Assembly (NCBI GenBank): GCA_036785375.1
Contig: JAWMAR010002299.1
Coordinates: 62,001-126,000, forward strand
Length of the DNA: 64,000 nucleotides
Direction: 5' to 3'
Origin: Leucoraja ocellata
Lineage: Eukaryota
Shown here: in pieces, positions 63,885-64,000 of the stretch
How positions within the stretch are numbered: the first letter of the stretch is position 1
Layout of the letters: each line of letters opens with the position of its first letter
Program-made: the position numbers and the translations under genes
Notes under the pieces: model-generated
Told to the model about the DNA's origin: nothing
Seen by the model: only the letters and a program-made list of their open reading frames with translations
Database searches by the model: none

Positions 63885-64000
63885 CTGTAAAGAGAGGGAG
63901 AGAATATGTAAGTGTATTAACAGTCTGTGACTAAGATGCCAGGTCATCCAAAGAGTAGGACAATCGATATGTTGTCGTACTCTTCAAACAGGTGGAAAAG

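Larger units (their letters stand above)
35870..64000 (+). repeat. Tandem segmental duplication, copy B (continues beyond window)
   Basis: Colinear with 1358-27607. Confidence 0.95.

Overview
Eukaryotic, repeat-dense DNA, most likely from a cartilaginous fish (skate/ray type). The evidence is an elasmobranch-type IgM constant region, HE1/V-SINE-like SINEs, CR1 LINEs and DIRS elements. The window is essentially two head-to-tail copies of a ~34.5 kb segment: copy A is 1358-35869 and copy B runs from 35870 past the window end. They differ by about 1-2% (by eye in sampled 600-bp blocks) and by several copy-specific transposon insertions. Each copy starts inside a minus-strand 28S rRNA fragment. 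It continues through nested mobile elements (L1, two DIRS, CR1s, Rex1/Babar, Penelope-like with hammerhead-like motifs, Hero-like) and ends in a minus-strand IgM heavy-chain constant region. Copy A has CH2, CH3 (one +1 frameshift in a G run), CH4 with secretory tail, TM1 and TM2. It has no CH1 or V/D/J, because the duplication breakpoint joins the intron upstream of CH2 directly to 28S. Copy B shows only TM2 inside the window. The most interesting hypothesis is that copy A is a V/CH1-less second C-mu cassette downstream of a complete IgM cluster. Other notable items are an intron-containing DD35E IS630/Tc1-like transposon, a 151-bp perfect palindrome near the rDNA, a frame-preserving 22-bp minisatellite in a DIRS gag, and a 216-bp solo LTR. 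No database searches were run, so family assignments rest on motif recognition.
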